Notes under the pieces: generated by a model
Told to the model about the DNA's origin: nothing
The model's input: only the letters and a program-made list of their open reading frames with translations
Databases searched by the model: none
Origin: an uncultured Verrucomicrobiae bacterium
Lineage (GTDB): Bacteria; Verrucomicrobiota; Verrucomicrobiia; Limisphaerales; Palsa-1400
Assembly: GCA_963707025.1 (NCBI GenBank)
Contig: CAVPOM010000018.1
Coordinates: 448,001 to 512,000, forward strand
Reading direction: 5' to 3'
Length of the DNA: 64,000 nt
Program-made: the position numbers and the translations under genes
In this document: positions 9,360-19,677 of the stretch, one piece after another
Numbering within the stretch: position 1 is the first letter of the stretch
Layout: every line of letters starts with the position of its first letter

Positions 9360-10646
9360 TTAGGCCTTCCAAACCTGCCCCGGTTTTGATTTGACGCTGG
9401 CCATGGCGTTGCGGGAATCCACAATGCAACCAGCCCACTTGGCCAACTGCTCGTAGTCAACGGCGCTGTGCTTGGTCGCAATCACCACCAGATCGAATCC
9501 TCCGATGTTTTTTTCATTCCACGCAACGGACTGCTCCCCCGCCCATTGCGGATGCTCGCGGGTGGGCTTGATCACCGGCACGTAGGGATCGTGATAGCAA
9601 ACCTCCGCGCCACGGTCCTTCAGCAACGTCATCAGAACGTAGCTGGGCGATTCGCGGTCATCGTCCACGTCGGCCTTGTAAGCCAGGCCGAGCACGAGCA
9701 CTTTGCAGCCGTTGAGGGACTTTTTCCGCGCGTTCAGGGCGGAGACCGCCTGATGAACCACGTAGGCGGGCATGGCGGTGTTGATCTCCCCGGCCAGCTC
9801 GATGAAACGGGTGTTGACGCCGTACTCGCGCGCCTTCCATGTCAAGTAGAACGGGTCAATGGGGATGCAGTGGCCGCCCAGGCCCGGCCCGGGATAAAAG
9901 GCCATGAAACCGAACGGTTTTGTTTTGGCGGCATTGATCACCTCCCACACGTCAATGCCCATGGCCGTGTAAACGATCTTCAGTTCGTTGACCAGGGCAA
10001 TGTTGATGCTGCGGAAAATATTCTCCGTCAGCTTGGCCGCTTCGGCCGCGCGGCAGGAGGAAACCGGGACCAGTGTTTTGATGGCCAGGCCATAAACCGC
10101 CTTGGCCCGTTCCAGGCAGGCCGGCGTGTAGCCGCCGATCACTTTTGGAATCAGCGCCACTTTGCTGTCCGGGTTGCCCGGGTCTTCTCTTTCCGGCGAG
10201 AAGGCCAGATGGAAATCGGTCCCCGCCTTCAGGCCGGAACCGCTTTCCAGCACCGCCCGCAGGTCTTCGTCGGTCGTGCCCGGATAGGTGGTGGATTCCA
10301 GCACGACCAGGATTCCCTTCTTCAAATAGGGCGCGATGCTGCGCCCGGTGTTGAGGATGAAGCTAATATCCGGCTCGCGGTTTTTGTTCAGCGGCGTCGG
10401 CACGCAGATGATCACCGCATCCATCTGCTTGACTTGCCGGAAGTCGGTCGAGGCGGAAAACTTCCCGGACTTGACCAGTTCGGCGATGGCGGCGGCTGCT
10501 ATGTGTTTGATATAGCTGCGCCCCTCCGTGATGGCCTCAACCTTGGCGCGATCCACGTCCAGCCCCAGCACGGCCGCCCCGGAGTGGGCGAATTGGAGTG
10601 AGAGGGGGAGGCCGACGTAACCTAAACCGACGATGGCAATCTTCAT
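9360..10646 (-). CDS. UDP-N-acetylhexosamine 6-dehydrogenase (WbpA/WecC/TviB-like)
   Basis: GLGYVGLP, ESTTYPGTT, SPEREDPGN, GGHCIPIDP. Confidence 0.9.
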   Translation of the reverse strand: MKIAIVGLGYVGLPLSLQFAHSGAAVLGLDVDRAKVEAITEGRSYIKHIAAAAIAELVKSGKFSASTDFRQVKQMDAVIICVPTPLNKNREPDISFILNTGRSIAPYLKKGILVVLESTTYPGTTDEDLRAVLESGSGLKAGTDFHLAFSPEREDPGNPDSKVALIPKVIGGYTPACLERAKAVYGLAIKTLVPVSSCRAAEAAKLTENIFRSINIALVNELKIVYTAMGIDVWEVINAAKTKPFGFMAFYPGPGLGGHCIPIDPFYLTWKAREYGVNTRFIELAGEINTAMPAYVVHQAVSALNARKKSLNGCKVLVLGLAYKADVDDDRESPSYVLMTLLKDRGAEVCYHDPYVPVIKPTREHPQWAGEQSVAWNEKNIGGFDLVVIATKHSAVDYEQLAKWAGCIVDSRNAMASVKSKPGQVWKA

Positions 10647-10751
10647 ATTTTTAAGTTTCAATGCTGCAAGGCGTTTCGGAAAAAAGAGAGGTTTGGAATC
10701 AAAGTAATTGCCAGCCGGAACTGTTTCCGCAACCAGCGGAAGAACCGCCGC

Positions 10752-12041
10752 TTAACGTCCGATGCTCTTGTAGAGAAAGCCCAGGCGGTCCATTTCCGCG
10801 GCGTCGAAAAGGTTGCGGCCATCGAAAATGATGGGGTGGCTCAGGCCGCGGCGCACCCGGTCCAGATCCAGATGCTTGAACTCCGGCCATTCGGTCGCGA
10901 TCACCAGCGCGTCGCAACCTTCGGCGACTTCATTCATGTCGGCCACGTAAGTAACGTCTTTTAGGATCGCCCGCGCCTTGTCCATCGCCTGCGGGTCATG
11001 GACGCGCAGCCGCGCGCCGGCCGCTTGCAGGCGCTGGCACAGTTCGATGGCGGGGGACATGCGGATGTCATCGGTGTTTTGCTTGAAGGCCAGGCCGAGG
11101 ACGCCCAGGGTCTTGCCTTTGACGATCCAGAGAGTGTCGCTGATTTTTTTGACGAAGCGATCCATCTGCGCAGCATTGATGTGCTGGACTTCCTTAAGCA
11201 ACCCGAAGTTGTAGCCGAGCGCCTCAGAGATGTGGATGAAGGCGCTGAGGTCCTTGGGAAAACAACTGCCCCCAAAACCCAGGGAGGCCTCCAGGAACTT
11301 GCCTCCGATGCGCGAGTCCATCCCCATGCCCCGGGCGACTTCCTGCACATTGCCGCCGGATAATTCGCAGACCACAGAGATGGCATTGATATAAGAAATT
11401 TTCAGCGCGAGGAAGCAATTGGCCGCGTGTTTGATCAGTTCGGCCGACTTAATGTCCGTGATGATGACCGGGGCGTGATAGGGCGCGAAAATCTCCTGCA
11501 TGGCGGCGACCGGTCGCGCGGAAGAGACGCCCACCACCACACGGTCCGGTTTCATGAAATCTTCCACGGCAAACCCCTCGCGCAGGAACTCGGGATTGCT
11601 GACGACATCGAACTCCAACTGGGGTTTGCCATAGCGCTTGATGGTTTCGGCGACTTTCTCCCCGGTTTTCACCGGGACAGTGCTTTTGTCCACGACGATG
11701 CGGTAACTGCTCATGGCGGCCGCGATGTCGCGGGAGACGGATTCGATGTAGCTCAAGTCCACCGAGCCATCCGGCAGGGAGGGTGTGGGAACGGCGATGA
11801 AAATGACCTTCGACCGCTCGACCCCTTCCTGGGTGCTGCTGGTGAAGGAGAGCCGGCCGGCGGCGACATTCTTTTGCACCAGTTCGGGCAGGCCGGGTTC
11901 ATAGATGGGCATTCCCCCCTGCTGCAGCACCTTGACTTTATTGACATCACAATCCACACAGGCCACTTCATGTCCGCCCTCGGCGAAACAAGTGCCTGTC
12001 ACCAACCCCACGTAGCCCGTGCCGATGATCGTTATCTTCAT
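10752..12041 (-). CDS. ugd: UDP-glucose 6-dehydrogenase
   Basis: GTGYVGL, KSTVPV, NPEFLREG, GGSCFPKD. Confidence 0.92.
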   Translation of the reverse strand: MKITIIGTGYVGLVTGTCFAEGGHEVACVDCDVNKVKVLQQGGMPIYEPGLPELVQKNVAAGRLSFTSSTQEGVERSKVIFIAVPTPSLPDGSVDLSYIESVSRDIAAAMSSYRIVVDKSTVPVKTGEKVAETIKRYGKPQLEFDVVSNPEFLREGFAVEDFMKPDRVVVGVSSARPVAAMQEIFAPYHAPVIITDIKSAELIKHAANCFLALKISYINAISVVCELSGGNVQEVARGMGMDSRIGGKFLEASLGFGGSCFPKDLSAFIHISEALGYNFGLLKEVQHINAAQMDRFVKKISDTLWIVKGKTLGVLGLAFKQNTDDIRMSPAIELCQRLQAAGARLRVHDPQAMDKARAILKDVTYVADMNEVAEGCDALVIATEWPEFKHLDLDRVRRGLSHPIIFDGRNLFDAAEMDRLGFLYKSIGR

Positions 12042-12069
12042 TTTTCCTTGTTGAACGCTCCCCTTTACG

Positions 12070-12918
12070 TCACCAGCCTGCGCTGGAAGCTGCCTCCGTC
12101 AGGCGGCCAATCGCCCCTTTCCCGTCCGGCAGAAGGGCGGGCCACTTGAGTTGGGAATCGCCGATGGTTATAACAGCCGGGTTCCTGAGGTCCGGCTTGC
12201 CATAGCGAAGCGGGCGACCATCCAGAGAGCAGACCGAACCGCCGGCGGTTTCCACGACACATTGCGCCGCCGCCGTGTCCCATTCCATGGTCGGCAGGTC
12301 GCGCAGGTAGATATCCGCCCGGCCTTCGGCCACGAGACAAAACTTGAGGGAGCTGCCCATGCTTTGAAGGGCAGGCTGGGGCAAACGGGCGAGCAGGGCG
12401 GCGACCATCGGGCCGGCGTGGTCCTTGCTGGCCACGACCGTCATGCGGGAAAAATCCGCGCGGCGGGTGGCGATGGGGACGGGGGCCTGGGCGGACAGTT
12501 GCCGCCAGGCGCCGCTCTTTCTCGCGGCAAAGTAGGTTAAATCCAGCGCCGGCGCATGCACGACGCCCAGCATGGGCCGGCCGCCTTCGATCAAGGCAAT
12601 ATTCACCGTAAATTCTCCGGTGCCTTTCACGAATTCCTTGGTTCCGTCCAATGGGTCCACCAGCCAGAAGCGGCCCTGGCCGTCCGCTGGCCGCCGGCGG
12701 GACTCGGTTGACTCTTCGGAAATCACCGGAACGCCAGGCATGAGGCCCGGCAAATGTTCCGCCAAAAAATGGTGCGAAGCCAAATCCGCTCCGGTCAAGG
12801 GCGACGAGTCGCTCTTGAGCGCAACCGCCGCGTTGCGTCGGTAAAAACCCAGAATCGCCGCGCCGGCTTGAACGGCCAATTCGCAACACCGGGCTAAAAG
12901 TGGATCGAGCGGCTTCAC
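12070..12918 (-). CDS. cysQ: 3'(2'),5'-bisphosphate nucleotidase
   Basis: KSDSSPLT, ISEE, DPLDGTKEF, GSSLKFCLVAEG, EWDTAA. Start set to GTG 12918. Confidence 0.92.
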   Translation of the reverse strand: MKPLDPLLARCCELAVQAGAAILGFYRRNAAVALKSDSSPLTGADLASHHFLAEHLPGLMPGVPVISEESTESRRRPADGQGRFWLVDPLDGTKEFVKGTGEFTVNIALIEGGRPMLGVVHAPALDLTYFAARKSGAWRQLSAQAPVPIATRRADFSRMTVVASKDHAGPMVAALLARLPQPALQSMGSSLKFCLVAEGRADIYLRDLPTMEWDTAAAQCVVETAGGSVCSLDGRPLRYGKPDLRNPAVITIGDSQLKWPALLPDGKGAIGRLTEAASSAGW

Positions 12919-12934
12919 GCAGGCAGGTCGTCTT

Positions 12935-13999
12935 CTATTTTTTTTCCCGCCGCGCGCCGGTCTTTGTTTTTGACGCGGGCGCGCCCGCGGCATCGGCCAC
13001 GTACCAATCCAAGGCCGCATCCAGGCCCCGTTCAAAGCCATAGTCAGGCTGGTAACCCAGCAACCGGCGCGCTTTGCTGATGTCCGCCAGCGTGTGGCGC
13101 ACGTCGCCCGCGCGGAAATCCTGGTAAACCGGCTTGAAGTTTTTAAGGTGCGGGCAGCGCGGCAGCAAGCGCTCGCGCAACAGGCGCCACAGTTCATTCA
13201 AGCTCGTCCGCTCGCCCACCGCCACATTATAGGCCTGGTTGATCGCGCCCGGACGGGTTGTGGTGGCGGCCTTCAGATTGGCCTGCACCACGTTGCTGAT
13301 GTAGCAGAAGTCCCGGCTCGTTTCCCCGTCGCCATTGACCCGCACCGGCTGGTTGCGGATCATGGCGGCAATCCATTTGGGAATCACCGCCGCGTAAGCG
13401 CCCTCCGGATCCTGCCGCGGGCCGAAGACATTGAAATAGCGCAGCCCGATCGTTTCCATCTGGTAGCATCGCGCAAACACGTCCGCGTAAATCTCGTTCA
13501 TCGCCTTGGTCGCGGCGTATGGCGAGACCGGATGGCCGGTGCGCTTTTCGATCTTCGGCAGCCGGTCGTCATCGCCGTAAACCGAACTGCTGGAGGCATA
13601 GACAAACCGGCCCACCCCGGCCTCTCGCGACGCCACCAGCATGTTGACAAATCCGGTGACATTGCTGGCGTGCGACGCCAGCGGATCGTCCACCGAGCGG
13701 GGCACCGACCCCAAAGCCGCCTGATGCAGGACCAGTTGGACCCCTTTGACCGCCCGCCGGCAATCTTCCAGTCGCCGGATATCGCTCTCCCAAAATTTAA
13801 AACGCCTCCATTGCTCCCGCGAGACCGCCTCTCTGACCTGGTCCAGATTCTTCCGGTGGCCGGTGGCGAAGTTATCCAGCCCGGTCACGCGCTGATTAGA
13901 CTTCAGCAGCGTTTCGAGAAGATTCGAGCCGATGAACCCGGCGACGCCGGTCACCAACCATATTTTCCCGTCATTCTTGAGCCTGATTTTTGTGTCCAT
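12935..13999 (-). CDS. UDP-GlcNAc(A) C4-epimerase (WbpP/TviC-like)
   Basis: [40 protein letters not shown]. Confidence 0.9.
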   Translation of the reverse strand: MDTKIRLKNDGKIWLVTGVAGFIGSNLLETLLKSNQRVTGLDNFATGHRKNLDQVREAVSREQWRRFKFWESDIRRLEDCRRAVKGVQLVLHQAALGSVPRSVDDPLASHASNVTGFVNMLVASREAGVGRFVYASSSSVYGDDDRLPKIEKRTGHPVSPYAATKAMNEIYADVFARCYQMETIGLRYFNVFGPRQDPEGAYAAVIPKWIAAMIRNQPVRVNGDGETSRDFCYISNVVQANLKAATTTRPGAINQAYNVAVGERTSLNELWRLLRERLLPRCPHLKNFKPVYQDFRAGDVRHTLADISKARRLLGYQPDYGFERGLDAALDWYVADAAGAPASKTKTGARREKK

Positions 14000-14113
14000 A
14001 AATTTGAGCGGAAACGATGGCTCCAACCAGCCGGTCCACCCTGGCGCCGTGGCGCAAAGACAGCTTTTGCCGGCCTTGGATTCTCTCCCGCAGCATTGTC
14101 CAAACCGACAACC

Positions 14114-14554
14114 TCACACGACCTTCCGGGCAAAACTCAGCTTGCCCCGGGCCACCACAGTATCCTCCACACGGGCGACTCCTTCGACCAAGGCCGCATT
14201 CTCCACCATTTTCAGGACATTGATTTCCATGGTCATGGTATGACCGGGCAACACGGGGGCCAGGAATCTCATGTCGTTGACGGCGGCCAGCGCCATGAAT
14301 TCCCCCGGCTTCATGCCTTTGCCCGTCGTCTGGCTGAAGAGGATGGAAGCGCTTTGCCCAATGGCTTCAATGATGAAAGTTCCGGGCATGATGGCGAACT
14401 CTGGGAAGTGGCCCAGGAATTGAATCTCACTGCCCGTCACGTTTTTGAGGGTCTTGATGCGTTTGCCCGGTTCCAATTCCAAGACCCGGTCCACCATGAT
14501 CAGCGGGAAGCGCTGCTTCAAGTGGTCTTTCAGTTCCGCAAAGGTCATCACCAT
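14114..14554 (-). CDS. 3-hydroxyacyl-ACP dehydratase, FabZ family
   Basis: RFPLIMVDRV, KNVT, GHFP...MPG...EAIGQ (catalytic His and Glu present). Confidence 0.9.
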   Translation of the reverse strand: MVMTFAELKDHLKQRFPLIMVDRVLELEPGKRIKTLKNVTGSEIQFLGHFPEFAIMPGTFIIEAIGQSASILFSQTTGKGMKPGEFMALAAVNDMRFLAPVLPGHTMTMEINVLKMVENAALVEGVARVEDTVVARGKLSFARKVV

Positions 14555-14586
14555 AATGAAGGGTTGGGCAATTCGGATGGCCCGGC

Positions 14587-15489
14587 TCAACGCCGGCGCA
14601 GGATCATGGCCAGGGCGCGGGGGAGAAAACGGCCGCCCGGAACCGGGTTGCCCGCATCACAGACCAGCCGCGTCACACGAAGGCCGACTTCCTCGGCCAT
14701 CTGGAGCGCCTCACTTTCGCGATGATACTCGTAAGTATGATCGCGTTGGGCTGATTCCAGCGCGGTGCTGAAAAAGACCAGGCCGTCGTCGGCGAGATGA
14801 TGGGCGATGACTTTAAACAACAGGCGCGGATCTTGCAGATGCTCTGCCAGCATGGCGGCAATGATGCCTTGATACGTCTTACCCGGACCCATCAGGTTCA
14901 AATTGAGCGCGTCCTTAACCTCGAAGTTCACGCGCTGCCCAAACCCGGTCACGGCCAGCAGCCGCTTTGAGACAGCCACCGCCGGCGGACTGATGTCAAA
15001 ACCGTCCAGATGAATGTCGGGCCTTTCCTTGGCTGCCAGCAGGCCCATGACTCCATGGCCGGAGGCCAGTTCGAGGACTTTCGCGCCCTTCGGCACCCCT
15101 TTGATGAATTCGTCCCGGTATAAGGCGATGTGGCTGATCATCGAAGGCCAGAATGGATAAATTAAAATGGCGGCCCACATGTAGGGAACCATGTAGCCTT
15201 CTGACTCATAGACATTGGAAATGACATCCGGCATTGCTTGAGGTTCGTAGCGCCCGGTTTTCTCGTACTGTTGCTGGCACTTCCAGACGCCCAGGCAGTA
15301 CTTGGCGTAGCCCTCGGCGGCGTCGTCAAAGGCGCGTTCGCCGTAGGCCGCGCCAGCCCAGAGGGCCAGGGGATCCAACAACCAGGAACAGAGGCCCGCA
15401 TTGGCCTCATAGGTGGCCCGCACGGCGGGAGCAAATATCCTGGCCTTTTTCTCCAAACTTCTTAGAAACGAATTGGCGTCGGTCACCAT
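14587..15489 (-). CDS. Class I SAM-dependent methyltransferase
   Basis: VLELASGHG, GFDIS, EHLQDP; GAGG Shine-Dalgarno before ATG 15489. Confidence 0.8.
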   Translation of the reverse strand: MVTDANSFLRSLEKKARIFAPAVRATYEANAGLCSWLLDPLALWAGAAYGERAFDDAAEGYAKYCLGVWKCQQQYEKTGRYEPQAMPDVISNVYESEGYMVPYMWAAILIYPFWPSMISHIALYRDEFIKGVPKGAKVLELASGHGVMGLLAAKERPDIHLDGFDISPPAVAVSKRLLAVTGFGQRVNFEVKDALNLNLMGPGKTYQGIIAAMLAEHLQDPRLLFKVIAHHLADDGLVFFSTALESAQRDHTYEYHRESEALQMAEEVGLRVTRLVCDAGNPVPGGRFLPRALAMILRRR

Positions 15490-15512
15490 TTGAATTTTCC
15501 TCGTTAGTGTGT

Positions 15513-16778
15513 TTAGTGTGTTCCATCGGCCGAGCGAACATGACGCACCATGCGGACCATGGGCCGGACCAGATCCACCCCGTCCCACGGAGGGACAAAA
15601 GCATGCATGCGTCCCAGCTTGACGATCCGATCCACGCCTCTTCTGGCGGCCAGTCCGGCCAGTTTGCCCTCTTTCTCCGGATCCGCCATGCCCAAACCCA
15701 GCGTCTGCATGACCCCATCAAACTTTGAAGCCGCCTCAATTAAACTGTCCACCTCCAGAACCGTCAACGTTTTCCCTTGCGTGGGTTGGGGCAGGTCCGA
15801 TCCCGCGCCGAAGAGCAGCGTCCAATCCGGCCCCATCGGAAAGACGGCCCGATGCGCGGTGTCCTGCAACAGCCAGGCCGTGCGGGCCTGGCAAATGGCT
15901 GAGGTCAATCCGGATGCAATGGTTTGCCGCGGATGCGCCTTGTTTTCGGCTTCAAAGGCGCGCCTCAGGACTGACAGAAATTGAGCCGTCGGCAGGCCCG
16001 CCTCATTTTCGAGGAACAGAACCTGGGGCGACGAACAGGCCTGCTGGTCAAATTGCCAGACATCCCGCGCCAGCCGCACGCACCAAGTCTCCTGGACCTC
16101 AGGGTTGTTCCAAGTGCCCGCGTCCATCGCGGCGACGGACATTCTGGGACCGAAGACCGCGATTCTCGCCCAATGAGGAAAAGGCAGTGCCCGCACGCTC
16201 AAAACAGACTCTTTTCCGCCCCAAATCATCGCGCCGTCCACCGATTGAGCCATCGTTTCATGCAAATCCTGCCGGCCATGCTCGAATGCCGCCATAAAAA
16301 TGCGGGAGGTTAGCGATTGCCCCGGGTCGCTTTGCGCCAGCTTTCCCATCACCCGCCGCGTCACCTCGGTCAAACCTTCCGGGACGCGGACCATAGCGGC
16401 ATTGCCCCCCAACAGAGCGCACGTCATGGACAGAAGCGGCTGGATTTCCACATTGCCGGCAGGCCAGTGGCCCACCACGCCGACGGGGTAGGCCTTGCAC
16501 TGGGCGCGGCCATATTCAGTCCACCCGCCATGCAACGCGTTGGCTCCAAGTTCGCGCGCAATAATCGGTTCCAAATTCCCCCGCTTCAGCCACATCCGAA
16601 GGAAAAGTATTCCGGGAATATCGTCCATTTCGCGTGCGTCCAGGCTCCCGGCCCAAGCATCGAAAACGGTCATCACATCGTCGGGCGGGATTTCCCGCTC
16701 CACAACCCGTTGGCGCAGTTGGACCGCCGCGCAGGAAATCTCGGCGGGGGCCTGAACATCATGGATCAGATTTGTCAT
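15513..16778 (-). CDS. Acyl-CoA reductase, LuxC family
   Basis: GVVGHWPAGNV, WGGKES, FGPRMS, FDQQACSSPQ (catalytic Cys), QTLGL, WDG. Confidence 0.88.
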   Translation of the reverse strand: MTNLIHDVQAPAEISCAAVQLRQRVVEREIPPDDVMTVFDAWAGSLDAREMDDIPGILFLRMWLKRGNLEPIIARELGANALHGGWTEYGRAQCKAYPVGVVGHWPAGNVEIQPLLSMTCALLGGNAAMVRVPEGLTEVTRRVMGKLAQSDPGQSLTSRIFMAAFEHGRQDLHETMAQSVDGAMIWGGKESVLSVRALPFPHWARIAVFGPRMSVAAMDAGTWNNPEVQETWCVRLARDVWQFDQQACSSPQVLFLENEAGLPTAQFLSVLRRAFEAENKAHPRQTIASGLTSAICQARTAWLLQDTAHRAVFPMGPDWTLLFGAGSDLPQPTQGKTLTVLEVDSLIEAASKFDGVMQTLGLGMADPEKEGKLAGLAARRGVDRIVKLGRMHAFVPPWDGVDLVRPMVRMVRHVRSADGTH

Positions 16779-16793
16779 CGAAAAACCCGCCGT

Positions 16794-17918
16794 TCAACTT
16801 ACGGGATCTCGTTTGCTTTGCAGATTTCCGCAGCCCCGCACCTCCGCCTTGGGAATGCGTCCGGCAAAGCGGAAACTGATGCCCCGTCTCCCGCAAGGGC
16901 AACAATCATAAGCGACCACTTTGGCTAAGTCCTCCGTGAGCAGCAAATGGCCGGGGAAGCTGGTGGGCAAAACACTGCAAACCTGAACGATGCCGTGTTC
17001 TCCCGCGGCAACGGGCTGCAGCGTCAATGGATTCCTGACAATCACCTCGCCAAAGGCCGGGCTGTGTTTGTTCCCCTCGGGACAATCCGGAAAAATAACC
17101 CCCACGCTCTCCACCATGCCATAGAAATCAATGACGCATTCCGGCGAACACCCAAAGACCCGGGCCAAGCCCTCGTTGAAAGCTGCTTTTTCCACGGCTT
17201 GTTCCTGCAAACGTTTCCAGCCGCCGCTGTGCAGGATGCGGACCTTGGGCAAATTCAAACACGCGCCATCGGCCAGGAGCGGCTTGACCAGGTGGTTCCA
17301 CAGAATATAGGTGAAGCCATAAACCAGCAACTCGGCATCCTGCCGGTCCCGGGCGAATTCTCTCAGTTTGTCCCGATCCAAAATCAGTTCATCCTGGTCA
17401 TTTAGGCCAAGACAATAGGTGGCCTCGCTGGCAAAAGGCTGCAACCCCTGAATCGCCGCCCCCCTGGCCCCAAGTTCGTTCCCGTCTCCCCTGTAGCCTG
17501 GCACGTCCACCACCAAATACGGCCGGCGGGCCGGTCCAATGTAATCTCGCACAATGGTCACAATTCCCTTGGTCATCCGTCGCGAGGTTGGCCCATCAAT
17601 CGCCACACGGCTGGGCGATTGAGAGGTTGTCGCGCTCGAGGTCAGGGTTCTCTTAATCTCGCCCGGACCCACCAGGGACAGCGGAGGATTGGCTTTAAGA
17701 ACCCCCACAGGCAAAAAAGGAAGGGAAGCCACGTCACCTGCGGCGCTATAGTCCGATGGCCAGCCCCGCACATAATTTTCATAACCCGCGTGGCGCTGGC
17801 AGGCGTAATGCAACTCATCCTTGAGCAATTCCAACAGCCCCGCCTGTTTCTCCCCGGGAGGCTGGCTATAGGGAGGAATGGACAGCAAGCGGCTTATTTT
17901 ATCATCCAATGATTGCAT
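16794..17918 (-). CDS. Acyl-protein synthetase, LuxE family
   Basis: LTSSATT, GFTY, HSGGWKRL, DFYGMVE, LLTEDL, C-terminal EVRGC acylation Cys. Confidence 0.88.
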   Translation of the reverse strand: MQSLDDKISRLLSIPPYSQPPGEKQAGLLELLKDELHYACQRHAGYENYVRGWPSDYSAAGDVASLPFLPVGVLKANPPLSLVGPGEIKRTLTSSATTSQSPSRVAIDGPTSRRMTKGIVTIVRDYIGPARRPYLVVDVPGYRGDGNELGARGAAIQGLQPFASEATYCLGLNDQDELILDRDKLREFARDRQDAELLVYGFTYILWNHLVKPLLADGACLNLPKVRILHSGGWKRLQEQAVEKAAFNEGLARVFGCSPECVIDFYGMVESVGVIFPDCPEGNKHSPAFGEVIVRNPLTLQPVAAGEHGIVQVCSVLPTSFPGHLLLTEDLAKVVAYDCCPCGRRGISFRFAGRIPKAEVRGCGNLQSKRDPVS

Positions 17919-19392
17919 GGAGGCTTTTGCCCTGAACGGGGAGCGAGATGCGCGCTATCTTCCCGGTGGAGGTCTTCGGCAATTCAGAAACCAAATGAAT
18001 GGAGTCCAAAGCCCAATGGGCCGGAAGATGGCGGCGAACCTCTTCCACCCCAAGGTTCGCTCCCGGCTCGGGCACGATAAACAACACCAGCGCCTCTCCC
18101 GCTTCCGGATGCTCCACCGCGCGGGCGGCGCATTCATAGACCCCTGGCATGGAGGCCACGGTTTCCTCAGCTTCCGTAAAACTCACCCGCATCCCTCGCA
18201 TTTTCAGAAAGGACCCTTGCCGTCCTTCGATCCACAGATACCCTTCCTCATCCTGCCGGGCCAGATCCCCGGTGCGCAGCCAGCCGTCCCCGAAGACCCG
18301 TTCCGTTTCCACCGGGTTGTTCCAATAACCCGAGGAGATGGACGGTCCCTTGGCCCACAGTTGGCCGGTTTGCCCTGTGCGCAAATCATTTCCCTGCTCA
18401 TCCATGATCCGCACCGTCAGGTTGTCCAGCGGGCGGCCCACGCTGCCGGGTTTCTCTTCCCACCGTTCCGGTTCCAGGCACGATATGCGGGCCGTCGCTT
18501 CAGTTTGTCCGTACATCACGTAAAACTTCGTCATGGGCAATGCCGCCCGCATCTCATTCACTTTCTCCGGCGCCAGGCGGCCCCCGGCCTGGAGAAAACG
18601 CCGCAAGGAAGGCATGGCGATCCCCCGAAAATTGGAACGTCGCAGCAGCACATTATAAACCGTCGGCACCCCGGCAAAGGTGGTGCAGCCATGCTCGGCC
18701 ACCGCTCGCAGCACTTTGTCTGGAAACATAAAGCGGCGGTCAAAGACCACGCCACCTCCCGCATATAGATGCGTATGCAGCACACTCGTCCCAAAACAGT
18801 AGCTCAACGGGAGAATCAGCATGGCCCTGTCGTCGCCCGCCAATTGTTGGCTGCGGATGATGGCTTCGGTATTGGCGATCAGGTTCCCGTGGCTGACCAT
18901 GACGAAACGAGGAACGCCGGTGGATCCGGACGTGGCCATCAACGCCGCCAGATCCGAGTCATGGACTGCCGCCGCCGGCATCTTGTCTGACCTGTCCCCG
19001 GCCAAGTCCCCGCGCAGCATGAGGATCGAGCCTTGGTCAATCCCCCCGTCCCGGAGACCTGTTTCGGTCCACACGGCTTTGGCCCCGCTTGCCTCCAGCA
19101 GCGTCCCCAGCGACGTTGTCACCGCGCGCTCTTCCACCGGCACCGCCACCAGGCCGGCGTAGATGGCTCCCAGATAGACCAGGGCGCTGGCAGGAGACAA
19201 AGAACAGCCGATCAACACCCGGTCTCCTTTTCTCAAACCAGCCGAAACCAAGGAAAGGCCATGCGCCGCGATCAACCGCGGCAAATCTTCCGGGTCAATC
19301 GCGCGGCCGGTGGCCGCATCAATCAGCCAGGAACACGGCCCAAGGCGCTGCACCAGGCGCCCGGCAAAATTTACTTCTGCCGCCGCTGTCAC
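17902..19392 (-). CDS. AMP-binding acyl-CoA/acyl-ACP ligase
   Basis: TSGSTGVPR, YGQTEA, RTGDL, LPKTSTGKI. GTG start immediately after the ACP stop. Confidence 0.9.
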   Translation of the reverse strand: MTAAAEVNFAGRLVQRLGPCSWLIDAATGRAIDPEDLPRLIAAHGLSLVSAGLRKGDRVLIGCSLSPASALVYLGAIYAGLVAVPVEERAVTTSLGTLLEASGAKAVWTETGLRDGGIDQGSILMLRGDLAGDRSDKMPAAAVHDSDLAALMATSGSTGVPRFVMVSHGNLIANTEAIIRSQQLAGDDRAMLILPLSYCFGTSVLHTHLYAGGGVVFDRRFMFPDKVLRAVAEHGCTTFAGVPTVYNVLLRRSNFRGIAMPSLRRFLQAGGRLAPEKVNEMRAALPMTKFYVMYGQTEATARISCLEPERWEEKPGSVGRPLDNLTVRIMDEQGNDLRTGQTGQLWAKGPSISSGYWNNPVETERVFGDGWLRTGDLARQDEEGYLWIEGRQGSFLKMRGMRVSFTEAEETVASMPGVYECAARAVEHPEAGEALVLFIVPEPGANLGVEEVRRHLPAHWALDSIHLVSELPKTSTGKIARISLPVQGKSLHAIIG

Positions 19393-19393
19393 C

Positions 19394-19648
19394 TTAGGCT
19401 CCCTTGGCCAGCTTTGCCTGGATGATGCGCACGATCTCGCGAACATTCTCCATTTCAATCATCTCATCCACATCCAGGTTGATTTTGAACTCCGTCTCCA
19501 GATTGCTGGCCAAAGACAAATGACCCACAGAATCCCAACCCGGGATATCGCGTGCGGCAGTCTCCATGGATACTTTTTGTGGTTCGATGTCAAAGGAAGC
19601 TTTGAAGACTTCCCGGACTTTGTTTAAAATGCCGTCTGTATCGTTCAT
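19394..19648 (-). CDS. Acyl carrier protein
   Basis: 84 aa, acidic, GWDSVGHL phosphopantetheine site. Confidence 0.92.
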   Translation of the reverse strand: MNDTDGILNKVREVFKASFDIEPQKVSMETAARDIPGWDSVGHLSLASNLETEFKINLDVDEMIEMENVREIVRIIQAKLAKGA

Positions 19649-19677
19649 TTAATGTGTTTATCTTTCGTAAGTTGTTC

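Noticed and set aside
15513..17918. Bioluminescence operon
   Set aside because: No luxA/luxB/luxD in the window.
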